From contig MU058584.1 of assembly GCA_013265495.1 (NCBI GenBank), forward strand, positions 2,389,599-2,453,598: DNA of 64,000 nt, given 5' to 3'. The stretch's first letter is position 1; every line of letters starts with the position of its first letter. This document shows positions 46,877 to 58,190 of the stretch, in pieces. The notes below the pieces were generated by a model. It did no database searches and was not told the origin of the DNA. It saw nothing but the letters and a program-made list of their open reading frames with translations. The position numbers and the translations under genes were made by a program. This stretch comes from Vicugna vicugna (Eukaryota).

Positions 46877-47830
46877 AAATTTCCAGAATATAAAAATAGC
46901 TCATATAACTTAATAACAAACAAACAAACAAATCAATCCAAAAATGTGTAGAAGACCTAAAGAAGCAGTTCTACGATGAACACATACAAATGGCCAATAG
47001 GCACATGAAAAAATGCTCCATATCGCAAATTATCAGAGAAATGCAAATCAAAACTGCAATGAGGTATCACCTCACACCAGTCAGAATGGCCATAATTAAA
47101 AATTCCACAAATGATAAATGCTGGAGAGGGTGTGGAGAAAAGGGAACCATTCTACACTGTGGGTGGGAATGTAGTTTGGTGCAGCCATTATGGAAAACAA
47201 TATGGAGATTCCTCAAAAAACTAAAAATAGACTTACCATATGATCCAGCAATCCCACTCCTGGGCATGTATTTGGAGGGAACTCTAATTTGAAAAGATAC
47301 CTGCACCCCAATGTTCATAGCTGCACTATTTACAGTAGCCAAGACATGGAAACAGCCTAAATGTCCATCAGGAGATGACTGGATAAACACAAAAGGAATA
47401 ATGCCATTTGCAGCAACATGGATGGACTTGGAGATCATCATTCTAAGTGAAGTAAGCCAGAAAGAGAAAGGAAAATACCGTATGATACCACTCATATGTG
47501 GAACAAGAAAAAGAAAAAGAAAAAAGATACTAATGAACTTATCTACAAAACAGAAGCAAACTTATGATCACTGCGGGGAAAGAAAGTGGGAAGGGCTAAA
47601 CTGAGAGCTCAAGATTTGCAAGTAACTACTGTATATAAGATAGATTTAAAAAAAACAAATTTTTTCTATATAGCACAGGGAACCATATTTAATATCTCAT
47701 AGTAACTTATAATGAAAAAGAATATGAAAATGCATATATGTATGTATATGTGTGACTGAAACATTATGCTGTGCACCAGAAATTGACACATTGTAACTGA
47801 CTATACTTCAATTTAAAAAAAAAAAAAAAA
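46877..47830 (+). mobile_element. 5'-truncated lineage-specific L1 (about 950 bp) with ORF2 C-terminus and poly(A)
   Basis: ORFs 46990-47292 ([43 protein letters not shown]) and 47311-47604. The stop TGA at 47290-47292 corresponds to CGA (4306-4308) in the other copy, consistent with CpG decay. TT|AAAA site at 46864-46869; probable short TSD AAAACAGAC / AAAACAGGC. Confidence 0.97.
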
Positions 47831-47859
47831 CAGGCTGAGTCTTTTAGTGGGTATTATTT

Positions 47860-48380
47860 TGTCATTTAGCCACACAATCACAAACATAATTCAATAATAA
47901 ATAGCTTCCTCGTGAATCAAATTGAGCTAAGGCTTATTTAGGGAGCCCCAACACACCTGAGTCAAATTCATATCACATCACGTTACATGTCACACTCAGT
48001 ATGTATAAATAACAGTGTGTAAATAAAAGCATTATGTGGCAATAGATGGGGGAGGTCCTGGAATTGGCTGCAAGGGTTGGGGGAGGGGCAGAATAATGCC
48101 ATCGTAGAGAGATTAAGGTTACCCTATTGAGATAAGGGGAGTAAAGGGGGTAGGAATACCTAACACCATTTGCACAAGTAGATCTGAAACAGTTAAATGG
48201 TTGACAGAGGAGAGTGACGAGGTCTCCAAGACAAGTAACCTTGAAGGTGTGAAGACCAGTAACCTTTAAGGTGTGTTAGGAATCTTAGATGGGGTTGTGG
48301 ATAATAGCTCTTAGCCAAGACCAGAGATGACCATTCTGGGATCCTCAGCCTGTGTTACCTTAGGAAGGTATGGCTCCACA
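47860..48380 (-). mobile_element. Possible ancient solo LTR, family not identified
   Basis: On the minus strand it starts TGTGGAG and ends TGACA (TG...CA), about 520 bp, with an internal 24-bp tandem duplication. No TSD seen. Confidence 0.3.
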
Positions 48381-48599
48381 TCTAATCAAGATTTCTTCAC
48401 ATTCTACAGAGAAAAATTATTTTAAAATAATTACTGAAGAATTAAACTTTCAAGGAAGAAATCTATTGGTACCGAGATTCAAAGAATCAATGAATCACCC
48501 CAAAATAGGAGCTTCTAATATGCATATGTGCAAAACAAATGAGTATCATTTTAAAACAAGCCAATCATATATAAACTTAAATTAAACTTTAGGTTTTGT

Positions 48600-49135
48600 T
48601 GTACCCACAGTTCTCCAGAAAGCAGAGCCCAAGGCAAAAGCCTGAGTGCTATTGCTTTATTAGGAATGCAATCCCAGGAAGCCGACTTGAGAGGAAGTGG
48701 GAAGAGAGAGGCAGAGAAGAAGGGAGAGCCAACCTGAGGATGTGTTTCCAAGCTGCCCTGCTCTTCGTGTTAGGTGCATCTGACTGCTGGATCTCTCAGG
48801 ACCATCTCCAGAGGCACCATGTGAACAGTTGCTTCTCGGGACTCTCTGTCCAGGCGGAAGAAGGGAGAGGGGTCCCTCTGCTGGCTCCCTTCTCCCATTA
48901 GTCGAAGGTTTATCTTGTTGGGGAGCTAACTCCTCTGTTCTTCTTGGTGGCTTTTGCTTCAGCAGCGACAGAGAAGTCCGTAGGCAGGTGAAATGGAGCA
49001 GTATAGAGCAGGGTGGGCAAGAAGAAGCATGAGAAGGGTGCTTCAGCTCATAGGGCACGAAGACAGCGTGGCTACTGCCGCAGCCAAGGCTCCCAGAGAT
49101 GTACAAGGCTGAGGGAATCAGACTGGCACATAAAG
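48600..49135 (-). mobile_element. ERVL solo LTR, LTR16/LTR33-like
   Basis: CAGAAAGCAGAGCCCAAGGCAAAAGC..TTTATTAGGAATGCAATCCCAGGAAGC..GAAGGGAGAGCCAA matches the antisense 3' end of the LTR16/33 families. Confidence 0.7.
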
Positions 49136-49140
49136 GTAAC

Positions 49141-49502
49141 TGCCTTAGTCTGTTTGGGTTGGTCTAATGATAATGCCATAGACTGGGTGGCTTAAAGAGA
49201 AAATATTTATTTCTTACAGTTCTGGAGGTTGGGAAATTTAAGATCAAGATGCCAGCAGATTCAGTGTCTGGTGAGAGCCTGTTTGCTAGTGCGGGGGTGG
49301 GCTGTCTTCTCACTGCAACCTCACATGGCAGAAGGGGCAAGGGAGGTATCTGAAGCCTCTCATGCAAGGGCACTAATCCTGTTCAGGAGGGCTCCACCCA
49401 CATGACCTAATCACCTCCCAAAGGCTCCACCTCATAATACACCCTGGGAATTAGGCTTCAACATATGAAGTTTGGGGAGACACAAACATTCAGACCATAA
49501 GA
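49141..49502 (-). mobile_element. MLT1A-type solo LTR (MaLR)
   Basis: TGCCTTAGTCTGTTTGGG..CATAGACTGGGTGGCTTA..ACAGTTCTGGAGG..GACCTAATCACCTCCCAAAGGC..CAACATATGAAGTTTGGGGAGACACAAACATTCAGACCATA. Confidence 0.92.
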
Positions 49503-49764
49503 CTATTACAGCCTTTTAGATAAAGACGTAGCTTTACACTTCTCAAATAATAGAAGGGGATGTCTAATAGTGTGGGAACTTATTAAAAACAGGAAGTTTT
49601 ACCCAAGAATTCTTAGCAGTAATTAAGGAACGTGTGTGGGTTAAATGTGTATCCCTGTTCAAATGAGTTTGGAAAAGAGGTCTCTGCAATCTGTTCAGTA
49701 TTAGCTTTCTGGAAATCAGAGAATATTGAGAAGTCTTGTTGAATAGTAAATGATGTCCTGATAG

Positions 49765-50545
49765 TTAACAATAATAGCTAATATTTACAGAGGTTGGGTA
49801 TTGTTTTAAGAGTTTTGCTCTGAAAAAGATCCTATGTTATAACACAGGGAACTATATTCAGTATTTAGTAGTAACCCATAATGAAAAGAATATGAAAAAG
49901 AATGTGTGTATATATGTATGACTGAATCACTGTGATGTACACCAGAAACTAACACAACATTGTAAATCAACTAGACTTCAATAGAAAACAAAAGACAAAA
50001 GCAAAACTGACAAAATCAAGTGCTGATAAGGATGTGAAGTAACTGGAACTTTCATTCATTGCTGGTGGGAATTCAAAATGGTGCAGCTACTTGGGAAAAC
50101 CATTTGGCAATTTCTTATAAAATGTAACATGTATTTATCACACAACCTATTAACCCTATTCCTAAGCATTTACCCAAACAAAATGAAAATGTATATACAC
50201 AAAATTTACAACATATAATTTATACACAAAAACCTTTATGTGAATGTTTAAAGTGGCTTTATTGAGAACCATCAAAAACTGGAATAGAACCCAAATATCC
50301 TTCAGTGGGTGAATAGGTAACCAAACTGTGGGATAGCCACGTAATAGAATACAGCTGGGCAATAAAAAGTAACAAAATGCTGACATTATATATTTATAAA
50401 AGAATTTTGCTCTGAATCCTTGTATTAACATTACTCTGTGTGACAGAGAAACCACATATCTTGTCCAAAGGCCATAGCAGTTGAGTTAGGATTCAAATCC
50501 ACGGGTTCTGACCCCAGAGCCCATGCTTTCAGCCACTATATTGAG
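49765..50545 (-). mobile_element. MIR split by the composite L1 insertion at 49825-50399
   Basis: Left: AATAATAGCTAATATTTA..TTGTTTTAAG. Right: TTGTCCAAAGGCCATAGCAG..GGATTCAAATCCA..TCTGACCCCAGAGCCCATGCTTTCAGCCACTATA. Confidence 0.75.
49825..50399 (+). mobile_element. Composite retroposed unit: young L1 3' end (49825-50006) plus an old L1M ORF2 fragment (50007-50385), inside one TSD
   Basis: TSD AAGAGTTTTGCTCTGAA (49808-49824) / AAGAATTTTGCTCTGAA (50400-50416). Internal A-rich tail at 49979-50006; AATAAA at 50361-50366. Confidence 0.85.
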
Positions 50546-50875
50546 TTTTGACTTTTTGCTAGAAGATAAAATTGCAATTCTGTTCTTTCCCAAAATTCGT
50601 GTTGGCGTCTGAGAAGTCCTAAGATTTTCTTGAAATATAATTAAGATTATGCATATTTAACAAATGAGGTTCCAACACCATAGGCCTCTGGAAAAGAATA
50701 AAACCACAAGAGTTGTGATAAAAGGGAAACCACATCCTGACTTACATCCCATAATAAGAGCAGTGCCACAGGACAGCCACATGTCCCTAATAGGTGACAC
50801 AGCGCCACCCTGGGAAACCTCCTAGTGTCTGAAGGGCATCGTGGATGAACTGAAAAACAGTTCCTAATATGTATT

Positions 50876-50885
50876 CACACACACA

Positions 50886-50959
<74 letters not shown>
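50876..50959 (+). repeat. Interrupted (CA)n microsatellite, about 84 bp
   Basis: Read directly. Confidence 0.98.
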
Positions 50960-50961
<2 letters not shown>

Positions 50962-51174
50962 GCAATTCCTTTCTCTAGTTCCCTAAACCTAAACCCTTTT
51001 GTAAAGTGAACAAACAGCAGTGGTGGAGTTGGGGTGAGGGAGTTCCAAGAGGCTGAAAGAAAAGTGTGGAAAGCCCCCGCTGTGAGCCAGGTAAATCGAA
51101 ATTCCCAGTCCAGGGAACTTCCTAAAGCAAATCTTGTTGCCTGCCTTTAATGTATTTTTTTTCATGCTCCACAG

Positions 51175-51216
51175 ATGTCCTTTCTCATAAATTCCGAAGT
51201 ATCTGCACGTCCCAAG
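51175..51216 (+). other. Candidate 42-nt internal exon of an unidentified transcript
   Basis: Branch-like TTTAAT (A at 51150), polypyrimidine tract, CCACAG acceptor and AAG|GTGAGC donor. Length is a multiple of 3. Peptide not recognised. Confidence 0.35.
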
Positions 51217-51959
51217 GTGAGCTGGTATCTTCTTTTTTTATTACCCGCAGTTTGCAGGCAAGGATCTGACATTAAAAAAAATACGGCGCTCACTTTTAAG
51301 AGTGTGACCCTCTTTCGCAACTCGTTGCTAATCTTCTTCCAAATTCCCTTTGCTCTTTTCACCTTTGTGCTGCTGGTTAGCACACACGTGGGCTCTGGAG
51401 ACCCTTCCGGATCTTTCGACTTCTTGCTCAATTGGGAAAGGATGCATTTTTCTCTACAGATTGTCTCGTGGAGACACTGCATCTGTCTAAGACTCAAAGA
51501 GCCTCCAGAGAACTGACTTTAGCTGTTTGCCAACTAACCCATTTTGCACGCTTCCTGGGGAGAAACAATACACATCATCTCCACAGGAGGAAGCAGGAGA
51601 GATATTGGTTCTGTGTAAATATCTCAAAGGAAATTTATGATGCTGATGGGAAATTTAAGCCCCTTAAAACAACTGCTGGTTTGTGAACAAAGGGAGCAAA
51701 TTTTTATCACCTCATTTCTGTGCCTTCCCTCATCCCCTTCCTGAGGGAGGGTGGCCATAATCCAGTGGTCTCTTCATCTCTGTCTCTCCTTAACATCATT
51801 TGCCGTGGAAAATTCTGATAGAACTCAGTTCCGCTAACTGGAGCAGATTCGTGTGCTTTTAGATGTACTCTTGTGGTGGATGTACATAAATGCACTCTGC
51901 AACTTCCAGAAACTATTGGTTCCCTATCTATCCTCCATTTTCTCGTTTTTCTTTCTAGG

Positions 51960-52395
51960 GGACCCTCTAGATCTTTGGAGCTAGCCATGTGCCAGACATT
52001 TTCAGTACTTTCTACCAGCTAGGAGTGGCCAGTTGACTAAACTCTGGCCAGTGAGGGACTTCTGTGAAAGGACCATAAATGAGAGATAGCCTAGGAGCTC
52101 CTTTCTACCTTTCTGTATTTCCTCCTTCTTTAAACCTGAAACTTGAGCATGAAGGCTGGAGCTTCAGCAGCCAAACTGAACCATGAAGCAATCTTAAAAG
52201 AGAACTTTTGAGCCTAGTGTGGCAAGAAGAAAGATGAAGTATTCTAGTTTCTTGACAACTGAGGAGCTGTCATATCAGCCCTGAACTGCCTACCTCTAAA
52301 CTTGTTTTATCCAAGAGATAAAGTTCTGTCTTATTTTAGCTAAGGTTATTTTGCTTGCCTATTCTATGCTGCAGTACCTAACTCTAATGGATACA
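51960..52395 (+). mobile_element. Old MLT1 (MLT1H/I/J-like) LTR
   Basis: AGCTAGGAGTGGCCAGTTGACTAAACTCTGGCCAGTGAG..GGCTGGAGCTTCAGCAGCCA..CAGCCCTGAACTGCCTACCTCT..terminal GATACA. Confidence 0.8.
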
Positions 52396-52749
52396 TTAGC
52401 TCTGTGATGGGAATATGCCCCCAATGCCTTCTCCTAACAGATGGATTCAGGTGTCTGCCACTGTGGATTTGTTAATGTTCCTTAGGTGACAAGTGGCAAA
52501 AGCCAACTAGAGCTTGCTTAGGCAGGAAAGGCGAATTCATTATGAGGTATAGATGTGTCTTGCAGAACCCAGGACCCTTAGAGCCCCTGGAAAATGCTGA
52601 ACCCAGGGACTGGAAAGCCACTTGGCTTGCTCTCTGTCTTGTTCCTGTCCTTTTCTGTGCATCTCTTTCTTTCCTCTATCTTTCTGCTGGGCCACTCTCC
52701 TCTGCTTCTCTGGGCCACACACTCAATAGAATGATAAATATGTTGTTGT

Positions 52750-53135
52750 TTACCAACATGATGAAATGTTAACCAGCAATGAGGATAAATAATTTATAAG
52801 TATGTATAAATAGATTGATGAATTCATAAATGTAATATTGAGAGCAAAAAGGCCAAACCAAAAAAAGAAAAGAAGAAGAAGATATTCAGTGTGATGGAGC
52901 TTATTTAGTATAAATGACACATCACTTCTGCTGCCGGAAGCCAGGGGAGTGGTTATACTTGGGGCGAGATAGTAACTGGAAGGAAACAGAACCGGATTTT
53001 CTGAGGTTCTAGGAATGTTCTGTTTGTCGACTGGGATGCTGGTCACATGATGTATTCAATTTATAAAACTTCATCTAGCTCTGTCGTATGTACATTTTTC
53101 TATTTGTATGGAAAACTTTAAGGAAGATTTTTTAA
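52750..53135 (+). mobile_element. Old L1ME/L1MD-type 3' end
   Basis: GATGAATTCATAAATGTAATATTGAGAGCAAAAAGGCCA..GAAGCCAGGGGAGTGGTTATACTTGGGG..GGTCACATGATGTATTCAATTTATAAAACTTCATC. Confidence 0.75.
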
Positions 53136-53770
53136 AAAATGATAACATAAAAGCAAAAAACCCCATATATTTAATATGGTAAAGACTGCTTCTCCACAAC
53201 CAGACTTTCCAATTCTCTACTAATGAATCCTATATTAACTTTTAATTGTTTAAGCCATCATAAATCATTTTTAAAGCACACAAATGAACAAATAAATGCA
53301 TGAGAGTATATTTTATTAATTGCAAAAAATATGCAAGTGACATTCTACTTACTGAATTTAATTTGATTTATCAAAAAATAAGTATTGGGTCATGTGTGGT
53401 TTACATCTATAAAGACCCATGCTAAGGTATATTGGGAAACTGGTAATTTTTTTTTCCAGTGGCCCTCCCTGTTCACTCTTCACCAAACTTTCCATCCTGA
53501 GGCCAGTATCCCAATGGCATTCTCCCAGACGTCTCTCCTACCCCGCCCTTCAGCCTGGACAGGATGCATCTGTCCTGCATCCAATCTCTCAGAGCCCTGC
53601 TCTTGGCTGGAACAAAACTAACAAATAAATCTGAGCACAGGAGTTAAGAACTAATAATGACTAGATGCTTTATTTGTCCCAGAAGATAATTTTACTTTAA
53701 TTTTGAACTTTTCTATCAAACTATAGAAATGAAAAAAAAAAAAATACTGGGACAATGACAGGCCCTTGGC

Positions 53771-53789
53771 TGGCCACTAGGGGACATAC
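53771..53789 (+). promoter_or_regulatory. Candidate CTCF site
   Basis: TGGCCACTAGGGGACATAC versus consensus TGGCCACCAGGGGGCGC; one important G>A mismatch in the core. Confidence 0.4.
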
Positions 53790-54389
53790 TTTGGGAAAGG
53801 CAGTTAGTTATGACTGGCGTCCTTCAAGTCACAAGACCTAGGCAATTCATCACACTTACACCTGTCTTGACCTGTCTGTGACCTCTCCAGGGTTTTCTTC
53901 ACAATTAAAAAGAAAGTTATTAGATCCCTTTTTCTCTTAATAACAATTATAACTTCTAAATCACACTCTACTTGTTTCTTCCTTCAAAGCCCCCTCTTTG
54001 AAATCTCGCTCATGTAATAGACCGGGAGATTCTATTTGATTTAAGCATTGAACTTGCGAGGCTCAGAAACTGAGAGAAGGACTGATTTTCATCAACTTCT
54101 CCACCGTAGTCCAAATGGCAGCAGGACGTATTATGACCAGTTCCCACTGAAGGTTTCTGAGCCACCAACAAAGCAGACAAACGGGGGAGAGTTTATTAGC
54201 ACTTTGTTCTTCTCAGAGGCAGAAAGTGGAATAAATGCCTTTTTCCCTTTGGAAAAAAATTTTGCCAGTAACCATAGCAATAATAATTCCATCTCCAAGC
54301 GAAAATTATTATTGTTATCTTTGTTGGCAGCCCCGGTTTCTTTCCTGTCACAAGGAGACAGAAGGCAGACGCCGTCTTGAATTCTATGA

Positions 54390-54590
54390 AAGGCTCACCT
54401 AAGCGGGATGGGGACAGCTGGTTTCTCTCTCAGCTGAGAGCAGAGCCAGGGAGCAATGGTTTAACCACAGAATGAGGGGTTTAAGCTAGAAATGAGGAAG
54501 TGGTCCCTGGCAGTGTGCTGGACAGGTTGTCATCAGAGTTTACAGATTCCTCTTCTTTAGAAGCCTTTAAAAATAGCTTAGATGAGCTGT
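54390..54590 (+). mobile_element. CR1/L3 LINE 3' fragment
   Basis: CAGAGCCAGGGAGCAATGGTTTAA..TTTAAGCTAGAAATGAGGAAG..TCCTCTTCTTTAGAAGCCTTTAAAAATAGCTTAGA. Confidence 0.6.
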
Positions 54591-55212
54591 GCCTGGAACG
54601 CTGATGTGCACCCTGCTTTGCCTGTGCCCCAAACACGTTGGCTCTATTCTTATAGGTCCAGCTGTGCCCTCACTGGACTGGGGAGGCAGGGGCAACCCGG
54701 CCTCTTCATCACCACCTCCTGGCCCCACACATAAAACACGGGCTGGTCAATGTGAATGAACGAGTGATGTTGGGAATTTGGATAGAACGATTTGGCCATG
54801 ATCAATTATAGTCCACTGGCTTGGGGCTGGTTAAATATTGGCCCCATGGTTATTTTCCTACCATCAATTAATGAAACCAGCTTGGACCAGATGCCCAGCA
54901 TTTGGTCAAAAGACCCTGAAGAATTACTGAGTCTAACTCCCTTCTTCTGGATTGCTGACTTCGTCTGCTTGACGGTTCTACATGGGCTCTTGAATAAGAA
55001 GGAATTGTTCTAGGAAGTGGGAGTTGCACACTGTGTTTCAGAAACTATATACATGGAAATATACAGAAAATATACATGGAGAAAACGGTTTATAGGAAGA
55101 ACTTCCACCAGAGTTAAATCCAAACAGCCCTTCTCCCAGCCCAACTGGTTCTCTCTCATCAAAGGAGTGTGCTAACCTTTGGAAAAGTGCTTTCATTTAA
55201 AGACTAGTGGTC

Positions 55213-55473
55213 TCTGGTTATCAGGGAGGGAAGGGAGGAGGTAGAAGGATAAATTGGGAGGTTGGGATTTGTAGATACTAACTAGATACTATATAACACA
55301 CGTAAACAATAAGGTCCTACCGTATAGCACAGGCAACGAAAAGGAATATATATATATATATATAAAAATATATATAAATATATATAAATATGAATATAAA
55401 CTAATATAACTAAATCATTATGCTGTACACCCCAAATTAATTGTAAACCGACTATACTTCAATAAAAAAAAAA
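55213..55473 (+). mobile_element. Short lineage-specific L1 3' end with an expanded internal (AT)n
   Basis: GGATAAATTGGGAGGTTGGGATTTG..GGTCCTACCGTATAGCACAGG..CGACTATACTTCAATAAAAAAAAAA. Degenerate TSD AAAGACTAGTGGTC (55199-55212) / AAAAAGTAATGGTC (55469-55482). Confidence 0.92.
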
Positions 55474-56270
55474 GTAATGGTCAAAACCTTCCTCTGTTCT
55501 TCAGCCACAATATTTTACCTCAGAGTTGACATTTATATGCCAGCAACTCATCTGTTATAAATTCTAATTGCAGAGCAATAATCAAAAAAGGCAATACAAA
55601 AGGCACACACAAAAATAGGAGAGGCTCCAAAACCCTTTGAGATCCCATCTAATTAAAAATGCAAATTAAGGAAGAAACCTCAAACCAATAAGTCCCCTTC
55701 AGTCTTTTCAAAGGCACCAATTAGCAGTGACTCATTGGAAAGGGGCTGCCTTTCATTTTAAGTCAGATTTCTCAACAATATCCCATTGGCAGGAAATTAA
55801 AGTGACTACCAGCTTGGTAGTACAATTAACATTTCGACATTCATTATCCAAACTTTCCTCATTCTCGTGCTGTTTCTCTAGCAACCACTAATGGAAACAG
55901 TTTTCTATTGGATTTTTCTCAGGTCCTAAGAACATTTTGTTTTCTCGTGATTAACAGTCTCATCTCTGAACTAACCCACCCCTTTCCCCTGAAACCATAT
56001 TGAGGAACATTCCAGAAAAGAAAACACTCCTTCTTGATAGACTCTCTTTTCTAACAATATTCCAGAAGGCGAGGTAGGAGAATATGTTCCTGAAGAAGGA
56101 AGGTCTTCAGGCAGGAGGTGTGGATTCCTGAAGGACTCTCGCTTCGTCTGGGTCTGGATATTTGTTAATATGAATACATATCATATATCAGGGCCCTCAC
56201 TGCTGTCTTGTCCTCGGGTATTAATTCATGATGAACTCATTATACTTTTTATGATCATAAGAAGGAACAC

Positions 56271-56420
56271 AGAACAGGGAACTATATTCAGTATCTTGTA
56301 ATAACCCTTAATGCAAAGAATATGAAAACAAATATATGTATGTATATGCATGACTGGAACGTTATACTGTACACCAGAAATTGACACATTGTAACTGACT
56401 ATGCTTTAATTTAAAAAAAA
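56271..56420 (+). mobile_element. 150-bp L1 extreme 3' end with a 12-bp TSD
   Basis: ACAGGGAACTATATTCAGTATCTTGTAATAACC..ATTGACACATTGTAACTGACTA. TSD AAGAAGGAACAC (56259-56270) / AAGAAGTAACAC (56419-56430). Confidence 0.93.
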
Positions 56421-56540
56421 GAAGTAACACGAGTTATGGAATAGAATTTTTTGCAAAGTCTAGGAAATAGAAGAGAAATACAAGAGATTATATTCGCCAG
56501 TCTCTTCAGTCTAGAGCTCACCTAATGTAATCTGAGTACG

Positions 56541-57440
56541 TGTTATTAGTCAAGATTCAGCCAGGAGATAGAAACCACACAATAGCTTAAACCAGGAAAA
56601 TTTGATATGAGGAATTATTAACTATAATGGATTTGTGAGTAAGAAGTGAAGAGCTCTCTAGACAACATAGGATAGCAGATAGAAGGAACAGCCACTACCA
56701 CTAGGCTGATACAGAGTGCTCTAGCAAGATCCTCTTTCTTCTCTCTCCCAGAGCTGAGATCCAGAGAGGGTACTGGATAATGAAGAATTCACTAAAGTGT
56801 CAAGCAGGTAGACTTTGCTACGACTCTGTCCTCTAGGATGCTGGAGGAAGCTGATAACAGGGAAGTCCTGCATCTCAGGGCTTGCTGAAAAAATCTCACA
56901 AAGGATCAGCCAGGGAAGCTTATGACAGGGAGATGTGTTGCAGTGTGCCCCTTTGCAAAGATGCTTGAGGGGTGCTGGGGTAAGCTGCAGCTGGGCATGC
57001 TGCAGAGGCTGGATACTGGAGAAACCTTTGGCTGCAGAAGCCAGGCTCTGAGGAATCTGTCTACCTTGCAGGAGTCAGGCACTGGAAAAGCTGCCTGGGC
57101 TGTGGGTTCTGGTTCCTGGGGAAGCCATGCACACTGCAGAAGCTGGGTGCTGGCAAAACTGTGCATTCTGCAGGAAACTGACACTGGAGAAGACACTTGC
57201 ACCACAGAAATCAGGCACCGAGAAAGCTGCATTTGCTGCAAGACATCGCCAAGAAAGCACAAAGAACTAGGAAGGAAAACTCCATCCTCTACCAATGTCC
57301 TTCTGGCAATCTCTACTAACAAAGCTTTACCTGTGTCAGCTGACAAAGGAGAAGTATATCAAGGGCCTGCCTCCATTTTCACAGAGCAGACAATGAAGTT
57401 TGGATTTGGAGCTAGAATGATGGAGCAAATGCTGGATGAG
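56541..57440 (-). mobile_element. Long ERVL solo LTR, LTR40/LTR41-like
   Basis: Starts TGTTATTAGTCAAGATTCAGCCAGGAGATAGAAACCACAC..AATTTGATATGAGGAATTATTAACTA and ends CTCTACTAACAAAGCTT..CAGCTGACAAAGGAGAAG..GGATTTGGAGCTAGA. Contains imperfect internal GCAGGA..CACTGGAGAAG repeats. Subfamily uncertain. Confidence 0.7.
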
Positions 57441-58024
57441 AATGGAACTAAATTAAATAGCAGTCCAAAGGGGCCATGCAAAAAAAAAAAAAAACTGAGA
57501 TGAAGTTTAAGACAATGGGATGAAACTGGAGGCAGGAACACACCAAAACAAAGAAAATAGGTTCCGATAGAAATCAATCATTCCTTGAGATGAACATCAC
57601 CACCACTGGTTGCAGGGTGATGTGGCCATGCTCACAGCAGAGAGAGGGTGGCTAAAGTTGTGTTCTGGTTCAGATAGGTTAACAAGCTAATGGCCAAGCT
57701 AGGACTGGAACCTGTCTCCCTTGACTCCCATTTCTGTGCTCTGTCTACACTTGTCATCACCATCTGTGAATTCTAGAGCTGGGCAGCAAGAGACAAAAAT
57801 GAAAGGAAGAGCTGGGCCATGGAGCTTTCTGCCTGTCGAAGTAATCAGGGGACATAAAAGTGGAAAACAGTGATCAAGTTTAGCTTGGGTACAATATTTG
57901 ATATTTTTAAAGCACTTCCCTTGCCCTGCATGAACCTTCTTGAGTAGGTATGTGATAAGCAATCAAGAACTCTGTTCACAGAGAGCGTTTCACATTGTCA
58001 TCGATGTTAGTTAAGCCCTTCTAA

Positions 58025-58190
58025 TCAGGGATACTCAGCCTTTACTGGGCATTGGAATCACCTGGAAAGCTATTAAAAAAAATACTGATGCCTGAAGTTA
58101 TTTAATAACAGTAAGAGATTCTAGAGGTGGGGTCCTTTTGCATGAGTATATTTGCATTCTAATTCAAATCCAGGATTGAATATCATTGTC
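58025..58190. mobile_element. Degenerate MER5-family element
   Basis: GCATTGGAATCACCTGGAAAGCTATTAAAAAAAATACTGATGCCTG..CCAGGATTGAATATCATTG. Confidence 0.65.

Noticed and set aside
46990..47604. ORFs with clear protein homology (also 4156-4458 and 40076-40261) as host genes
   Set aside because: All are fragments of L1 ORF2 in 5'-truncated copies, with stops or deletions.
56089..56111. Hairpin CCTGAAGA-N7-TCTTCAGG as a miRNA or terminator
   Set aside because: An 8-bp stem is far too short for a pre-miRNA and is expected by chance.
56906..57503. 193-aa and 146-aa ORFs
   Set aside because: They lie within an ERVL-type LTR and show no recognisable protein.
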